From the NCBI GenBank assembly GCA_002728855.1, contig PBWA01000038.1, positions 2,838-66,837 on the forward strand: DNA of 64,000 bases. Reading direction: 5' to 3'. The translations under genes were made by a program, and so were the position numbers. The stretch is from Flavobacteriaceae bacterium. Its GTDB lineage: Bacteria > Bacteroidota > Bacteroidia > Flavobacteriales > Flavobacteriaceae. Under the pieces are notes generated by a model. The model was given only the letters and a program-made list of their open reading frames with translations. It ran no database searches and was not told the DNA's origin. This document shows, in pieces, positions 9,342 through 18,471 of the stretch. Position 1 is the stretch's first letter. Each line of letters starts with the position of its first letter.

Positions 9342-12300
9342 ATGAGAATTAGAATTTTTCTTTTCTTTACTTTATTAAATTTTACTTTTTTATCTGCTCA
9401 AGGCCTTAAAGCAGAAGGAAAGAAGATAGTTGATAAGAATGGAAATGAGGTTCTGTTAAGGGGAATGGGGCTTGGAGGATGGATGTTGATGGAAGGGTAT
9501 ATGATGCAATCCTCAGATGTTGCAGATACTCAACATGAGTTTCGTGAAAGACTGGAGGATTTAATGGGAATTGATAAGACTAACGCTTTTTTTGACAAAT
9601 GGTTAGAGAATCATGTCACAAAAGCAGATATTGACTCTTTATCTGCATGGGGTTTTAACAGTGTTAGATTACCAATGCATTATAATTTATTCACATTGCC
9701 AATTGAGCAGGAGCCTGTGGAGGGAGAAAATACATGGTTAGATAAAGGGTTTACAATTGTTGATGAATTGCTTCAGTGGTGTGAGGAAAATCAAGTTTAT
9801 CTAATTTTAGATCTTCATGCTGCACCTGGCGGACAAGGGGCCAATGCTGCCATATCTGATTATAATCCAGATTTACCCTCTTTATGGGAGAGTGATTTAA
9901 ATAAAAATAAGACTATTGCATTGTGGGAAAAAATAGCTGAACGCTATAAGGATGAAGAATGGATTGGAGGCTATGATCTATTAAATGAAGTGAATTGGGA
10001 AATGGAGAACGACAATGAAGACTTATTAAATCTTTACAAGGATATAACAAATCAGATTAGAACAGTGGATAATGATCATATTATTTTTATCGAAGGCAAT
10101 GGTTTCGCTAATGATTTTAATGGTTTAACTCCTCCTTGGGATAGCAACATGGTTTATAGCTTTCATAAATATTGGAGTGAAAATACTACTGAATCTATTC
10201 AGTGGGTGCTAGATATTAGAGAGGAAAATAATGTTCCATTATGGATGGGAGAAGCAGGAGAAAATTCAAATGTTTGGTTTACCGATGCGATCGAATTATT
10301 TGAAACTAATGATATTGGTTGGTCATGGTGGCCAATGAAAAGAATAGAAACAATTGTCGGACCATATTCTATTGATTTTACTGATGGTTACAAAAAAATA
10401 CTTTCGTATTGGAGGGGAGAAACTGAAAAACCTAGTGTCGATGAAGCTTTTTCTATCATGATTGATCTGGCAAGTAAGACTAACAGTAGTTTATGCACTT
10501 ATCAAAAAGATGTTCCAGATGCACAAATTCGACAAATTAAAACTGATCAAACCATTCCGTATAGTTTACATCAAATTCCTGGTATTATTTTCATGTCTGA
10601 CTATGATCTTGGGAGAAACGGCATTGCCTATTATGATGTTGACAGTGCAAATTATCAACAATCATCTGGATATTTTCAGTCGTGGAATTCCGGTTGGGTT
10701 TATCGAAATGATGGTGTTGATATAGAAAAAAATACGGACAATATTAATAGTAATGGATTTCATATTGGATTTATAAATAGGGGAGAATGGTTAAATTATA
10801 CTTTATCAGTCTCAGAAACAGGTGTTTATAGCATGAATGCAAGAATTGCTTCAATTGAAGATGGTGGAGAATTTCATATTGAAATGGATGGAGAAGGGGT
10901 TACAAGATCTCTGAGTGTTGAAAGTTCAAGCGGATGGGATCAATTTATAAGCCAATCCTATAATGATATATTTTTAGAAAAGGGAAATCAAACATTAACC
11001 ATTAAATTCAGTGGAAAAAAGGCTTTTAATATTTCTAGTTTAGAGTTTAATAAAACAGGAAATTCAAATGATATTGATTTTACTATTTTAAATGCTACTG
11101 CATTAATGGACGGCAAAAGCATTCAAGTTTTGCTCAATCAAAACATTGATAAAACAACTCTCGAATCCAGTTTACAAGACTTTTCTTTATTAGTAAATAA
11201 TGAGGAAATAACTTTCGATGAGTTTGTCTTATATGATGATAAAAAAAGAACATTTACATTAAAGCTTTCATCTCAATTAAGTTATGATGATCAAATTAGA
11301 TTAAATTATTTTGGACAATCTATTAAAAATAATGATGGATTATTACTTGAGAACTTTTCTTCATTTAAAGTGCTTAATAATATCCCCCAGTTATTTAATG
11401 TCCCAGGAATAATTCAAGCCGAGGGATATTTTAATATGTATGGTATTGAAACTGAGATAACTTCTGATAGTGGAGGTGGCTTAAATATAGGGTATACTCA
11501 TCCAGGAGATTATGTTGATTACTTGGTTGAAGTGGAAGCAGATTATGAATATGATATAAAATTGCGCGTAGCAGCAGAATCTAACTCTGGAAGAGTAGTT
11601 TTTTATGCAGTTTCTGATCAAGGGGAAGAAACTCGTCTTTCAGAGATATTACTGCCAGTAACTAATGGATGGCAAAATTGGGTTGATGTTAACAGCTCAA
11701 TTCTCCTACTTAAAGGGAACTATACTCTTAGGATGAAGGTAATAAATGGTGACTTTAATATGAATTGGTTAGAACTTACATATCCTGATTCTGATCATGA
11801 TGGTGTTAATGACACTTTAGATCAGTGTCCAAATACTTCAATTATTTCAAGTGTTGATCAATCGGGTTGTCCACTTGATCCGATTGCACTTAACAATTTT
11901 TCTCTTAAAGTTTTAAACGAGACATGTTCCTCTAGTAATAACGGAAAAATATTTATTAACTCTTTATCAAATGAAACTTTTGTTGCTAATTTAGATATTA
12001 ATGGATCGATAGTCTCCAAGACTTTTAATTCCGAGGTTAATTTTTCCTCTCTTCAAGCTGGAAATTATTCTCTGTGCATTAACAAAGAAGCCTATCCCTC
12101 AGTAAAACAATGTTTCAAAGTTGTTCTGAACCAACCTAGTTTACTGTCTGTTAATTCTTATGTAAATCCTGATACTTATGAGCTTTCACTGGATTTAAAA
12201 GGAGCAGAGATATATTATGTTACACTCAATGGAACAGAATATAAAACTTCTGAAAATAAATTGATTCTCCCCTTGTCAAATAACAAAAACATAATCACTA

Positions 12301-12590
12301 TTAAAACAGATCTAGAATGTCAGGGGACTTTCAAAAAGGAGATGATATTAGACAATATTCCTAAAATATACCCAAATCCTATTTTTGATAATTTTTTAAA
12401 TATAAAAATGGGATATTCAAATCTTGAAAAGTCACTAATTCAAATTTATGATTTGAAGGGAATCCTAATTTACCAAGAAAAGATAAATGGATCAACTAAA
12501 ATTAATTTTTCATTAATTCCAAAGGGTATTTATATTTTGAGAATAAATAAAAATCAAAAGGGTTTTAATTATAAAATAATTAAAAAATGA
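9342..12590 (+). CDS. Multimodular GH5 glucanase with two CBM6-like modules, TSP3-like motif and T9SS type A C-terminal domain
   Basis: LRGMGLGGW, LDLHAAPGGQ, YDLLNEV, SFHKYW, PLWMGEAGENS; CBM6-like GEWLNY and GDYVDY; DSDHDGVNDTLDQCPNT; C-terminal IYPNP...GIYILRI...KIIKK. Confidence 0.88.
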   Translation: MRIRIFLFFTLLNFTFLSAQGLKAEGKKIVDKNGNEVLLRGMGLGGWMLMEGYMMQSSDVADTQHEFRERLEDLMGIDKTNAFFDKWLENHVTKADIDSLSAWGFNSVRLPMHYNLFTLPIEQEPVEGENTWLDKGFTIVDELLQWCEENQVYLILDLHAAPGGQGANAAISDYNPDLPSLWESDLNKNKTIALWEKIAERYKDEEWIGGYDLLNEVNWEMENDNEDLLNLYKDITNQIRTVDNDHIIFIEGNGFANDFNGLTPPWDSNMVYSFHKYWSENTTESIQWVLDIREENNVPLWMGEAGENSNVWFTDAIELFETNDIGWSWWPMKRIETIVGPYSIDFTDGYKKILSYWRGETEKPSVDEAFSIMIDLASKTNSSLCTYQKDVPDAQIRQIKTDQTIPYSLHQIPGIIFMSDYDLGRNGIAYYDVDSANYQQSSGYFQSWNSGWVYRNDGVDIEKNTDNINSNGFHIGFINRGEWLNYTLSVSETGVYSMNARIASIEDGGEFHIEMDGEGVTRSLSVESSSGWDQFISQSYNDIFLEKGNQTLTIKFSGKKAFNISSLEFNKTGNSNDIDFTILNATALMDGKSIQVLLNQNIDKTTLESSLQDFSLLVNNEEITFDEFVLYDDKKRTFTLKLSSQLSYDDQIRLNYFGQSIKNNDGLLLENFSSFKVLNNIPQLFNVPGIIQAEGYFNMYGIETEITSDSGGGLNIGYTHPGDYVDYLVEVEADYEYDIKLRVAAESNSGRVVFYAVSDQGEETRLSEILLPVTNGWQNWVDVNSSILLLKGNYTLRMKVINGDFNMNWLELTYPDSDHDGVNDTLDQCPNTSIISSVDQSGCPLDPIALNNFSLKVLNETCSSSNNGKIFINSLSNETFVANLDINGSIVSKTFNSEVNFSSLQAGNYSLCINKEAYPSVKQCFKVVLNQPSLLSVNSYVNPDTYELSLDLKGAEIYYVTLNGTEYKTSENKLILPLSNNKNIITIKTDLECQGTFKKEMILDNIPKIYPNPIFDNFLNIKMGYSNLEKSLIQIYDLKGILIYQEKINGSTKINFSLIPKGIYILRINKNQKGFNYKIIKK

Positions 12591-13879
12591 ATCGCAGAAT
12601 ATATATACTAGCCAGCTTTTTGACACTTTTTTTAGTAGGATGTTCAAAAGAGACTGATGAAGATATTCCGGTTGTCATTACTCCATCAAGTACAGTTTTA
12701 ATCTTTCCTGAGAATAATTCAGAATGTAACGAAGGAAAAGTAATTTCAGAGACAGAGAGTATTGTTAATTTCAGATGGGAAGCTTCTCAAAACACAGACA
12801 AATATCTTCTTAATGTTAAACTAGTTGAAGATGGATCAGTTCAAACAATAACAACAACATCTCTCGAAGCAGATGTAACTCTTAAAAGGGGAAAGACTTA
12901 TCAATGGCATGTTGTTTCAAAAAAAGATGGCGTCTCTATAACTGCGGAAAGTCCGGTTTGGTCATTTTATAATGCAGGTATTGCATCTGAAAATAATCTC
13001 CCGCTTCAAGCTGAATTAGTATACCCATCATCTGGATCAACTGTTTCTCCTTGTTTAATTGTTTTGGAATGGAATTCGGGTGATATCGATAATGAAGTTT
13101 TAACATATGAGATTTTATTGGATGATTCTTATCCCCCCACTAATCTTATTGGTTCCACCTCAGATAATACATATTCTACTTCAATAGATGGGAGAAAAAC
13201 GTATTATTGGCAAATAATTACAGTTGATCAAAGCGGAAGTAAATCATATTCAAATATTTTTTCATTTAGCGTAGAACCTCTAACAGGTAATTGCTCTGAT
13301 GATTCTTCCTCTAACTCTGGTAATCTAGTGAAAGACAGTGAGATGAATGATACAGGATTTTGGAATTATAAACAACTTTGGACTGAATCAGACAATGATG
13401 TCAATCATGGGTTTGTTAATGGAGAATATGCTTTTAGAAGTGCTCAGGGCGTTACTTATTCTAATGCAATTATTTGGCAAGAAATTCAAGTAGAGACTGA
13501 CGTGGCATATAAATTTGATCTTTATTTGCGAAGTAATGGAACATCAAATTCTTGGTTTGAAGTATATTTTGGCAGTGTTCCAATTGATGGAGGAAACGCA
13601 GATGACTATATTTCAAATGGAGCTCAGATCTATGTGAAAAGTTTTGGTGAAAACGAAAATTGCGGAGTTAACTCTTTTGAAGGATCTATCTTTGATGTTG
13701 TTACAGATGGTTGTCCAATTCCCTCAGAATCTTTACTTGATTCAAGCGGCAATTTGACTTTTCCTGCTTCTTATTTAACATCTGAAGGAACAATATATCT
13801 TGGAATTAAAGCTGGAAATTACAATGGTAATTTTGGATCTGGAATTTTTATAGATGACGTTGTATTATTTAAAAATTAA
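12587..13879 (+). CDS. Lipoprotein with two Fn3-like domains and a C-terminal carbohydrate-binding-like domain
   Basis: Lipobox LVGC; repeated L.FP/YP...W...Y.W.V/I...S.V/IW/FSF units; NLVKDSEM...IDDVVL beta-sandwich; 4-nt overlap with the GH5 gene. Confidence 0.65.
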   Translation: MNRRIYILASFLTLFLVGCSKETDEDIPVVITPSSTVLIFPENNSECNEGKVISETESIVNFRWEASQNTDKYLLNVKLVEDGSVQTITTTSLEADVTLKRGKTYQWHVVSKKDGVSITAESPVWSFYNAGIASENNLPLQAELVYPSSGSTVSPCLIVLEWNSGDIDNEVLTYEILLDDSYPPTNLIGSTSDNTYSTSIDGRKTYYWQIITVDQSGSKSYSNIFSFSVEPLTGNCSDDSSSNSGNLVKDSEMNDTGFWNYKQLWTESDNDVNHGFVNGEYAFRSAQGVTYSNAIIWQEIQVETDVAYKFDLYLRSNGTSNSWFEVYFGSVPIDGGNADDYISNGAQIYVKSFGENENCGVNSFEGSIFDVVTDGCPIPSESLLDSSGNLTFPASYLTSEGTIYLGIKAGNYNGNFGSGIFIDDVVLFKN

Positions 13880-13893
13880 GTCAGATGAAATAT

Positions 13894-13923
13894 AAAAAAA
13901 CCCCTTTTTTACAGGGGTTTTTT
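13894..13923. terminator. Bidirectional Rho-independent terminator
   Basis: AAAAAAACCCCT-TTTTTAC-AGGGGTTTTTT between convergent genes. Confidence 0.85.
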
Positions 13924-13950
13924 GTTTAGAATTACACTATTAGATTTTGA

Positions 13951-14880
13951 TTAATTTTGATCAAATAGACTTCCATTATAATATGCAACCTGTCGAATAA
14001 TTTTCCCTTTATCATTAAATGAGTGGCTGAAATGACAGAAAACTCTAAAGACTTTACCAGATTTTTTGTTTTTAAATCTAAATGTCCACCATGAAATTGT
14101 TTCTGATCCATTGCCTTCATAATCAAGTAGATCTGGATAACCGTATTCATCGATACTGATTAAGTCAAAATTAGACAAAGTATTTTCAAAGCCTGCTCTG
14201 TTTTCTTCAATGGATTGGGAGCTTCCTATTGGTGAGTTTATATCTGAAAAACGAGCATTTTCATCATAGAAAGAGTATGCACTATCGTGATCTCCCATTT
14301 CAAAAAAAGAAATTACCTTTCTCAAAGTTCTTATATTTTCATGATCCTTATAAATTGTTCCGTTTTTAATTGTTTCAAAGGATAGATTATATTTTTGCAT
14401 TAACCTAGTATTGTAATTGATTATCATTGCAGCAATTTTGTCTCCTTTTTCATTCAATATAAATGATCTATCATAGGGCATTTCAATTTTAAACCCGTTG
14501 TTTTTGTCAATTCCATGAAAAACGTCATAAGTATATACCCATGTTCCTGATCGTTTGTATTCAAGAGCATCTGGATACGAAGCTCCCCTTTTATTGATAG
14601 AGTAGTTCATCAATGAAGACTTCCAATATTTTGATTGATTAATTATATTTTGTTTTGTTGAAAAATTTTGATCTTTATTCATCCATTCACCATTGTAAGC
14701 TTTAAAGTCATCTGTCAATAATTCATTTAAGACAGCTTCATCAGCATCTACAAATGCTTTGTTAAATCTTTCAACTAGTTCAATTCCTGGATGTTCGTCG
14801 AAGATTTTGCCATTTGGATTTTTTTGAGCATAAACATAAAAAGTGCTAGTAAAAAGTAGAAGTAAAATTATTTTTTTCAT
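13951..14880 (-). CDS. Secreted protein with tandem NTF2/SnoaL-like domains
   Basis: Signal peptide; internal duplication NGKIFDEHPGI/NGTIYKDHENI and YPDALEY/YPDLLDY. Confidence 0.7.
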   Translation of the reverse strand: MKKIILLLLFTSTFYVYAQKNPNGKIFDEHPGIELVERFNKAFVDADEAVLNELLTDDFKAYNGEWMNKDQNFSTKQNIINQSKYWKSSLMNYSINKRGASYPDALEYKRSGTWVYTYDVFHGIDKNNGFKIEMPYDRSFILNEKGDKIAAMIINYNTRLMQKYNLSFETIKNGTIYKDHENIRTLRKVISFFEMGDHDSAYSFYDENARFSDINSPIGSSQSIEENRAGFENTLSNFDLISIDEYGYPDLLDYEGNGSETISWWTFRFKNKKSGKVFRVFCHFSHSFNDKGKIIRQVAYYNGSLFDQN

Positions 14881-14956
14881 TTTAATTTGATTTAGTTATA
14901 AATATAGGTTATACAGCAAATATACTATTATACATTTCTTTTAAACAATGGATCTC

Positions 14957-15054
14957 TAAAAAAGGTACTTCCACCTCAGTTTCCACCTCACAAAAAAAAG
15001 ACCCCTAGTGTTTATAGGGGTTTTCAGAGATAGTTGCGGAGAGAGAGGGACTCG
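14957..15054. repeat. Distal att copy: duplicated tRNA-Ser 3' end, terminator and arm-like sites
   Basis: ~98-bp imperfect direct repeat of 16329-16426 (offset 1372). It includes the tRNA 3' fragment 15037-15054, and identity ends in the T-loop. Confidence 0.9.
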
Positions 15055-15203
15055 TCCCTTTGTTTTCTTTTCTTTTATATTTTATTGTTTTCTCCCATAT
15101 TTACTACTAAAATAAAGCTTTTTCCGTTATAAAGTAAAATAATATAAAACAATAATTGATAATTATTGACTATATTTCGACCTCAGTTTCGACCTCACCT
15201 AAA

Positions 15204-15263
15204 ATGGGATTTTATTTAAAAAAAAGTGGAATTATTAATTTTGAAGTTTATTTACCTTCTTGA
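15204..15263 (+). pseudogene. Possible N-terminal stub of a tyrosine integrase (19 aa)
   Basis: MGFYLKKSGIINFEVYLPS* starts 6 nt after the arm-like repeats; FYLK resembles Bacteroidota integrase arm-binding N-termini. Weak. Confidence 0.35.
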
Positions 15264-15529
15264 CAAAACTGAGCAGACCAAAACTAAATTTTTTGTAAAG
15301 ATTCTAATCGCTTTTGGAATCTTTATTGGATTGAGAATTTTAGAATATTTTATAACCATTAAATGGTAAAAGCCAGTTGTCAATAAAGGGTATGGTTTAT
15401 TGTGAATCTGTGATATTTGTACACTTATTTTATTACAACAACTTAAAATCCCCTCTTGTTTTTAATAAATTAAATTACATAAACTTATCTGTTAATTTCT
15501 CAAATGCTTAACTTTAAAATAAAACTTTT

Positions 15530-16054
15530 ATGACTACTTCATATTTGTGTGTTGATGAAAATGGTTTTCATTCAATTATTTTAAAACATAACTTTAATGA
15601 TTTTACTTATTTACTCTCATTGGACTACACTGGAGCTCAGTTTTTAGGGAAATTTTCATATGATGAGGAATATTCTGCCAAAGGGGTCTTTTCTTATTCT
15701 TATGGTTCACAAGAATGGGAGAAGAAAATTTCAAGTGTAATGTTTGATGAGTCTAGTAAATATTTCAAGGTTGAAACTGAGGACTTATTTGAATTTTTTA
15801 ATACTGATGATACTAAAATTATGTTTAAGTTAATCGATGAATTATCAAAATACGTATACCATGGTTATGATGAGGATACGGATACAGAATATGAGAACCC
15901 TATTATTAAAGAAATTGATTTTGATTCCCTAAAAAAAATAAAGGATAATCATTTTTGTTCAAATCAATGGGATAATGAGTTTATGGAATTAACTAATTCC
16001 AACATATGGGAGTTATCATTAAAATTTCCTGATTTATTGGATGAATATTTGTAA
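15530..16054 (+). CDS. Acidic hypothetical protein (islet cargo)
   Basis: Intact 174-aa ORF, roughly 36 D/E versus 15 K and no Arg; no recognisable motif. Confidence 0.7.
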   Translation: MTTSYLCVDENGFHSIILKHNFNDFTYLLSLDYTGAQFLGKFSYDEEYSAKGVFSYSYGSQEWEKKISSVMFDESSKYFKVETEDLFEFFNTDDTKIMFKLIDELSKYVYHGYDEDTDTEYENPIIKEIDFDSLKKIKDNHFCSNQWDNEFMELTNSNIWELSLKFPDLLDEYL

Positions 16055-16066
16055 AATTAAATTCAT

Positions 16067-16270
16067 ACCGTCCAAGGCCACCTCCATACGCAGGCATATA
16101 CAGAGTATACAGTTGGCAGAAGATTTAAAATATTTGGAACTCAGGTAGGCTGTGGAATAGATTTTGATTCTTATGCAATGGCTTATGCAAAAGCAGGTAA
16201 AAAGCCTGCCGTTGGAGTAGCTATAATTTTAGGAGGCCATACTCCAATTAATTGCCTAATGGATCTATAA
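16067..16270 (+). pseudogene. C-terminal fragment of a phage-type calcineurin-like metallophosphoesterase
   Basis: TVQGHLHTQAYTEYTVGRRFKIFGTQVGCGIDFDSYAMAYAKAGKKPAVG...LMDL*. Has the GHxH metal motif; in-frame TAA at 16058-16060 and no start codon before the motif. Confidence 0.75.
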
Positions 16271-16328
16271 AAAAAATAGTGAAAAAAACAACCCTTCATG
16301 TACCCCGAGTGGTAGTTGAGTGGTAGCT

Positions 16329-16426
16329 TAAAAAAGGTAGTTCGACCTCAGTTTCGACCTCACAAAAAAAAGACCCCAAGTGTTTATAGGGGTTTTCAGC
16401 TATAGTTGCGGAGAGAGAGGGATTCG
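16329..16426. repeat. tRNA-proximal att copy
   Basis: Direct repeat of 14957-15054. Confidence 0.9.
16364..16396 (-). terminator. Terminator downstream of tRNA-Ser
   Basis: ACCCC-TATAAACACTT-GGGGT followed by CTTTTTTTT on the minus strand. Confidence 0.65.
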
Positions 16427-16493
16427 AACCCCCGGAGGTTTGACCCTCAATGGTTTTCAAGACCACCGCATTCGACCACTCTGCCATCTCTCC
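16409..16493 (-). tRNA. tRNA-Ser (anticodon TGA)
   Basis: GGAGAGATGGCAGAGTGGTCGAATGCGGTGGTCTTGAAAACCAT...GGTTCGAATCCCTCTCTCTCCG; long variable arm; CCA not encoded; TATATTTG promoter at 16502-16509. Confidence 0.97.
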
Positions 16494-16582
16494 TGAGAGT
16501 GCAAATATAAATTAATTATTTATTTGGTTTTTGATTTAACAATAAATTTAAGATCAAGCATTTTCATACTTTTGTATAACCT

Positions 16583-17341
16583 GTGATAAATGAAACCCTT
16601 TACTATTTAATTCTTTTTTCTGTTGGATTTATTGCCAGTATAGTTAATACTTTAGCTGGAGGTGGATCTTTACTTACACTTCCTGTACTTATTTTTTTAG
16701 GACTTCCATCAAATGTAGCCAATGGAACTAACAGGATACTAATTTTAATCAACAGTATAGTTGGAACTGCTGGCTACAAAAGCAAGGGAGTTTCTACATT
16801 CCCATTTAATATTTATCTTGGAATTAGTGCTCTTTTTGGAGCGATCATAGGAGCTGAGATAGCTATTGAGATGAAGGCAGAGATTTTCAATAGAATCCTA
16901 TCAATTGTGATGATAATTTTTGGTTTGATAATTATATTAAAGAGAAATTATGACATTGAAACAATTACAGAGAGAGTAACTGGAAAATATTTTTGGATTT
17001 CAATCATTGCATTTTTTTTTATTGGAATTTATGGCGGTTTTATTAATGCTGGTATTGGAATTGTTATAGTAATTTTTTTGAATGTGATTAATCGTATGAC
17101 GCTCATCAGGGCAAACGCAACAAAAGTTGCATTAATATCAGTTTATACTTTGGGAGCACTAATTCTTTTCGCAATTAATGGAAAGATAGATTGGATTGCT
17201 GGTTTTTGCATGGCAGCAGGGAGTTTGTTTGGCGCCTGGTGGTCTAGCCGTTGGTCAGTAAAAAAAGGAGATAATGTTATTAAAATAGCAATGCTAATAA
17301 TGGTTATTGTTATGTCAGTAAAACTTTGGTTTTTTAGTTAA
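16583..17341 (+). CDS. TauE/SafE (TSUP) family membrane transporter
   Basis: NTLAGGGSLLTLP, ANGTN, GIYGGFINAGIG, ANATK; multiple TM helices. Confidence 0.88.
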   Translation: MINETLYYLILFSVGFIASIVNTLAGGGSLLTLPVLIFLGLPSNVANGTNRILILINSIVGTAGYKSKGVSTFPFNIYLGISALFGAIIGAEIAIEMKAEIFNRILSIVMIIFGLIIILKRNYDIETITERVTGKYFWISIIAFFFIGIYGGFINAGIGIVIVIFLNVINRMTLIRANATKVALISVYTLGALILFAINGKIDWIAGFCMAAGSLFGAWWSSRWSVKKGDNVIKIAMLIMVIVMSVKLWFFS

Positions 17342-18471
17342 TATTTAACATATTCAACTATTTCAAGACCATAACCTGTTAGACCAACCCTGGGCTTTTT
17401 AGATGAGTTACTTATTATTCTAAGCTTATTTATATTTAAATCATGAAGAATTTGCGCGCCAATCCCAAAATCTCTAATATCCATAAATAAAGGAGGTGTT
17501 TTGACTTTGCTTTTTTTTAATTGTAATTTTTTAAGTTTTTTTATTCTGGGTAGTAAATCTTTAAATGGTTCTATTTGATTTATAAATATTATTGCACCAG
17601 TTCCCTCTTGATTTATTAATTTAAAAACCTCATCAATTCCTTTAGACTGCTTATTTATAAGCATAGTTAAAATATCATTATTTATTCGAGAGGAGTGAAT
17701 CCTTGTTAAAATACTATCATTTTTAGACCAAGTTCCTTTTGAAAGGGACACATGAATTTGATTGTTTGTAGTTTGCTCGTATGCAGTTAAGTTAAATTTC
17801 CCAAATTTTGTTTCAATCTCACTTTCAAGCTTTTTTTTAATTAAACTATCGTGTTTCATTCGATATGCAACAAGATCTTCAATTGAAACAATTTTTAGAT
17901 TAAATTTTTTAGCAACTTGAATTAGCTCAGGTAGTCTAGCCATTGACCCATCATCATTCATTATCTCTGAAATGACCCCTGCTGGTTTAAATCCAGCTAA
18001 TCTTGCGAAGTCTATTGCAGCTTCAGTATGCCCAGTTCTTCTAAGAACACCACCTTGTTTGGCTATAAGTGGAAATACATGACCAGGTCTTGTTAGATTT
18101 CTAGCTTGAATTTTTGGATCAACAAGTGCACGGATTGTTTTAGAGCGATCAGAAGCCGATATCCCCGTGGTAACACCGTTTCCTTTAAGATCAACCGATA
18201 CTGTAAAAGCTGTTTCCATTGGATCTGAACTTTCATCATCAACCATTTTTTTAAGCTTTAACTTTTCACATCTTTTTTCTGTAATGGGAGCACATATTAG
18301 ACCCCTTCCATGTTTCGCCATAAAATTTATAGTCTGGGGTGTAATTTTTTCTGCAGCAGCTAAAAAATCCCCTTCATTTTCTCTATCCTCATCATCAACA
18401 ACAATAATGACCTCACCCTTTTTAATTGACGAAATTGCTTCTTCAATTGTATTTAATTTTTTTTTAGTCAT
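17338..18471 (-). CDS. ribB: 3,4-dihydroxy-2-butanone-4-phosphate synthase fused to a degenerate GTP cyclohydrolase II domain (RibBX type)
   Basis: VDDEDRENEGD, RPGHVFPL, RTGHTEA. The C-domain lacks the Zn-binding Cys residues (RIHSSRINND). Confidence 0.9.
   Translation of the reverse strand: MTKKKLNTIEEAISSIKKGEVIIVVDDEDRENEGDFLAAAEKITPQTINFMAKHGRGLICAPITEKRCEKLKLKKMVDDESSDPMETAFTVSVDLKGNGVTTGISASDRSKTIRALVDPKIQARNLTRPGHVFPLIAKQGGVLRRTGHTEAAIDFARLAGFKPAGVISEIMNDDGSMARLPELIQVAKKFNLKIVSIEDLVAYRMKHDSLIKKKLESEIETKFGKFNLTAYEQTTNNQIHVSLSKGTWSKNDSILTRIHSSRINNDILTMLINKQSKGIDEVFKLINQEGTGAIIFINQIEPFKDLLPRIKKLKKLQLKKSKVKTPPLFMDIRDFGIGAQILHDLNINKLRIISNSSKKPRVGLTGYGLEIVEYVKY

Larger units (their letters stand above)
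15037..16426. mobile_element. Degenerate prophage/integrative element relic integrated at tRNA-Ser
   Basis: Bounded by tRNA 3'-end repeats; paired TTCGACCTCA sites at 15176/15188 and 16341/16353; contains a phage-type phosphoesterase fragment and one intact orphan ORF. Confidence 0.8.

Noticed and set aside
15264..15369. Short hydrophobic reading frame (..FFVKILIAFGIFIGLRILEYFITIKW*) in the islet
   Set aside because: No clear start; at most gene debris and not assignable.
14957..16426. Repeats considered as a CRISPR array or IS ends
   Set aside because: Only 2-3 dispersed copies, no regular spacers, no cas or transposase; they contain the tRNA 3' end, so they fit att sites.
16296..16487. 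63-aa ORF in the track
   Set aside because: It is a translation of tRNA-Ser and its terminator.
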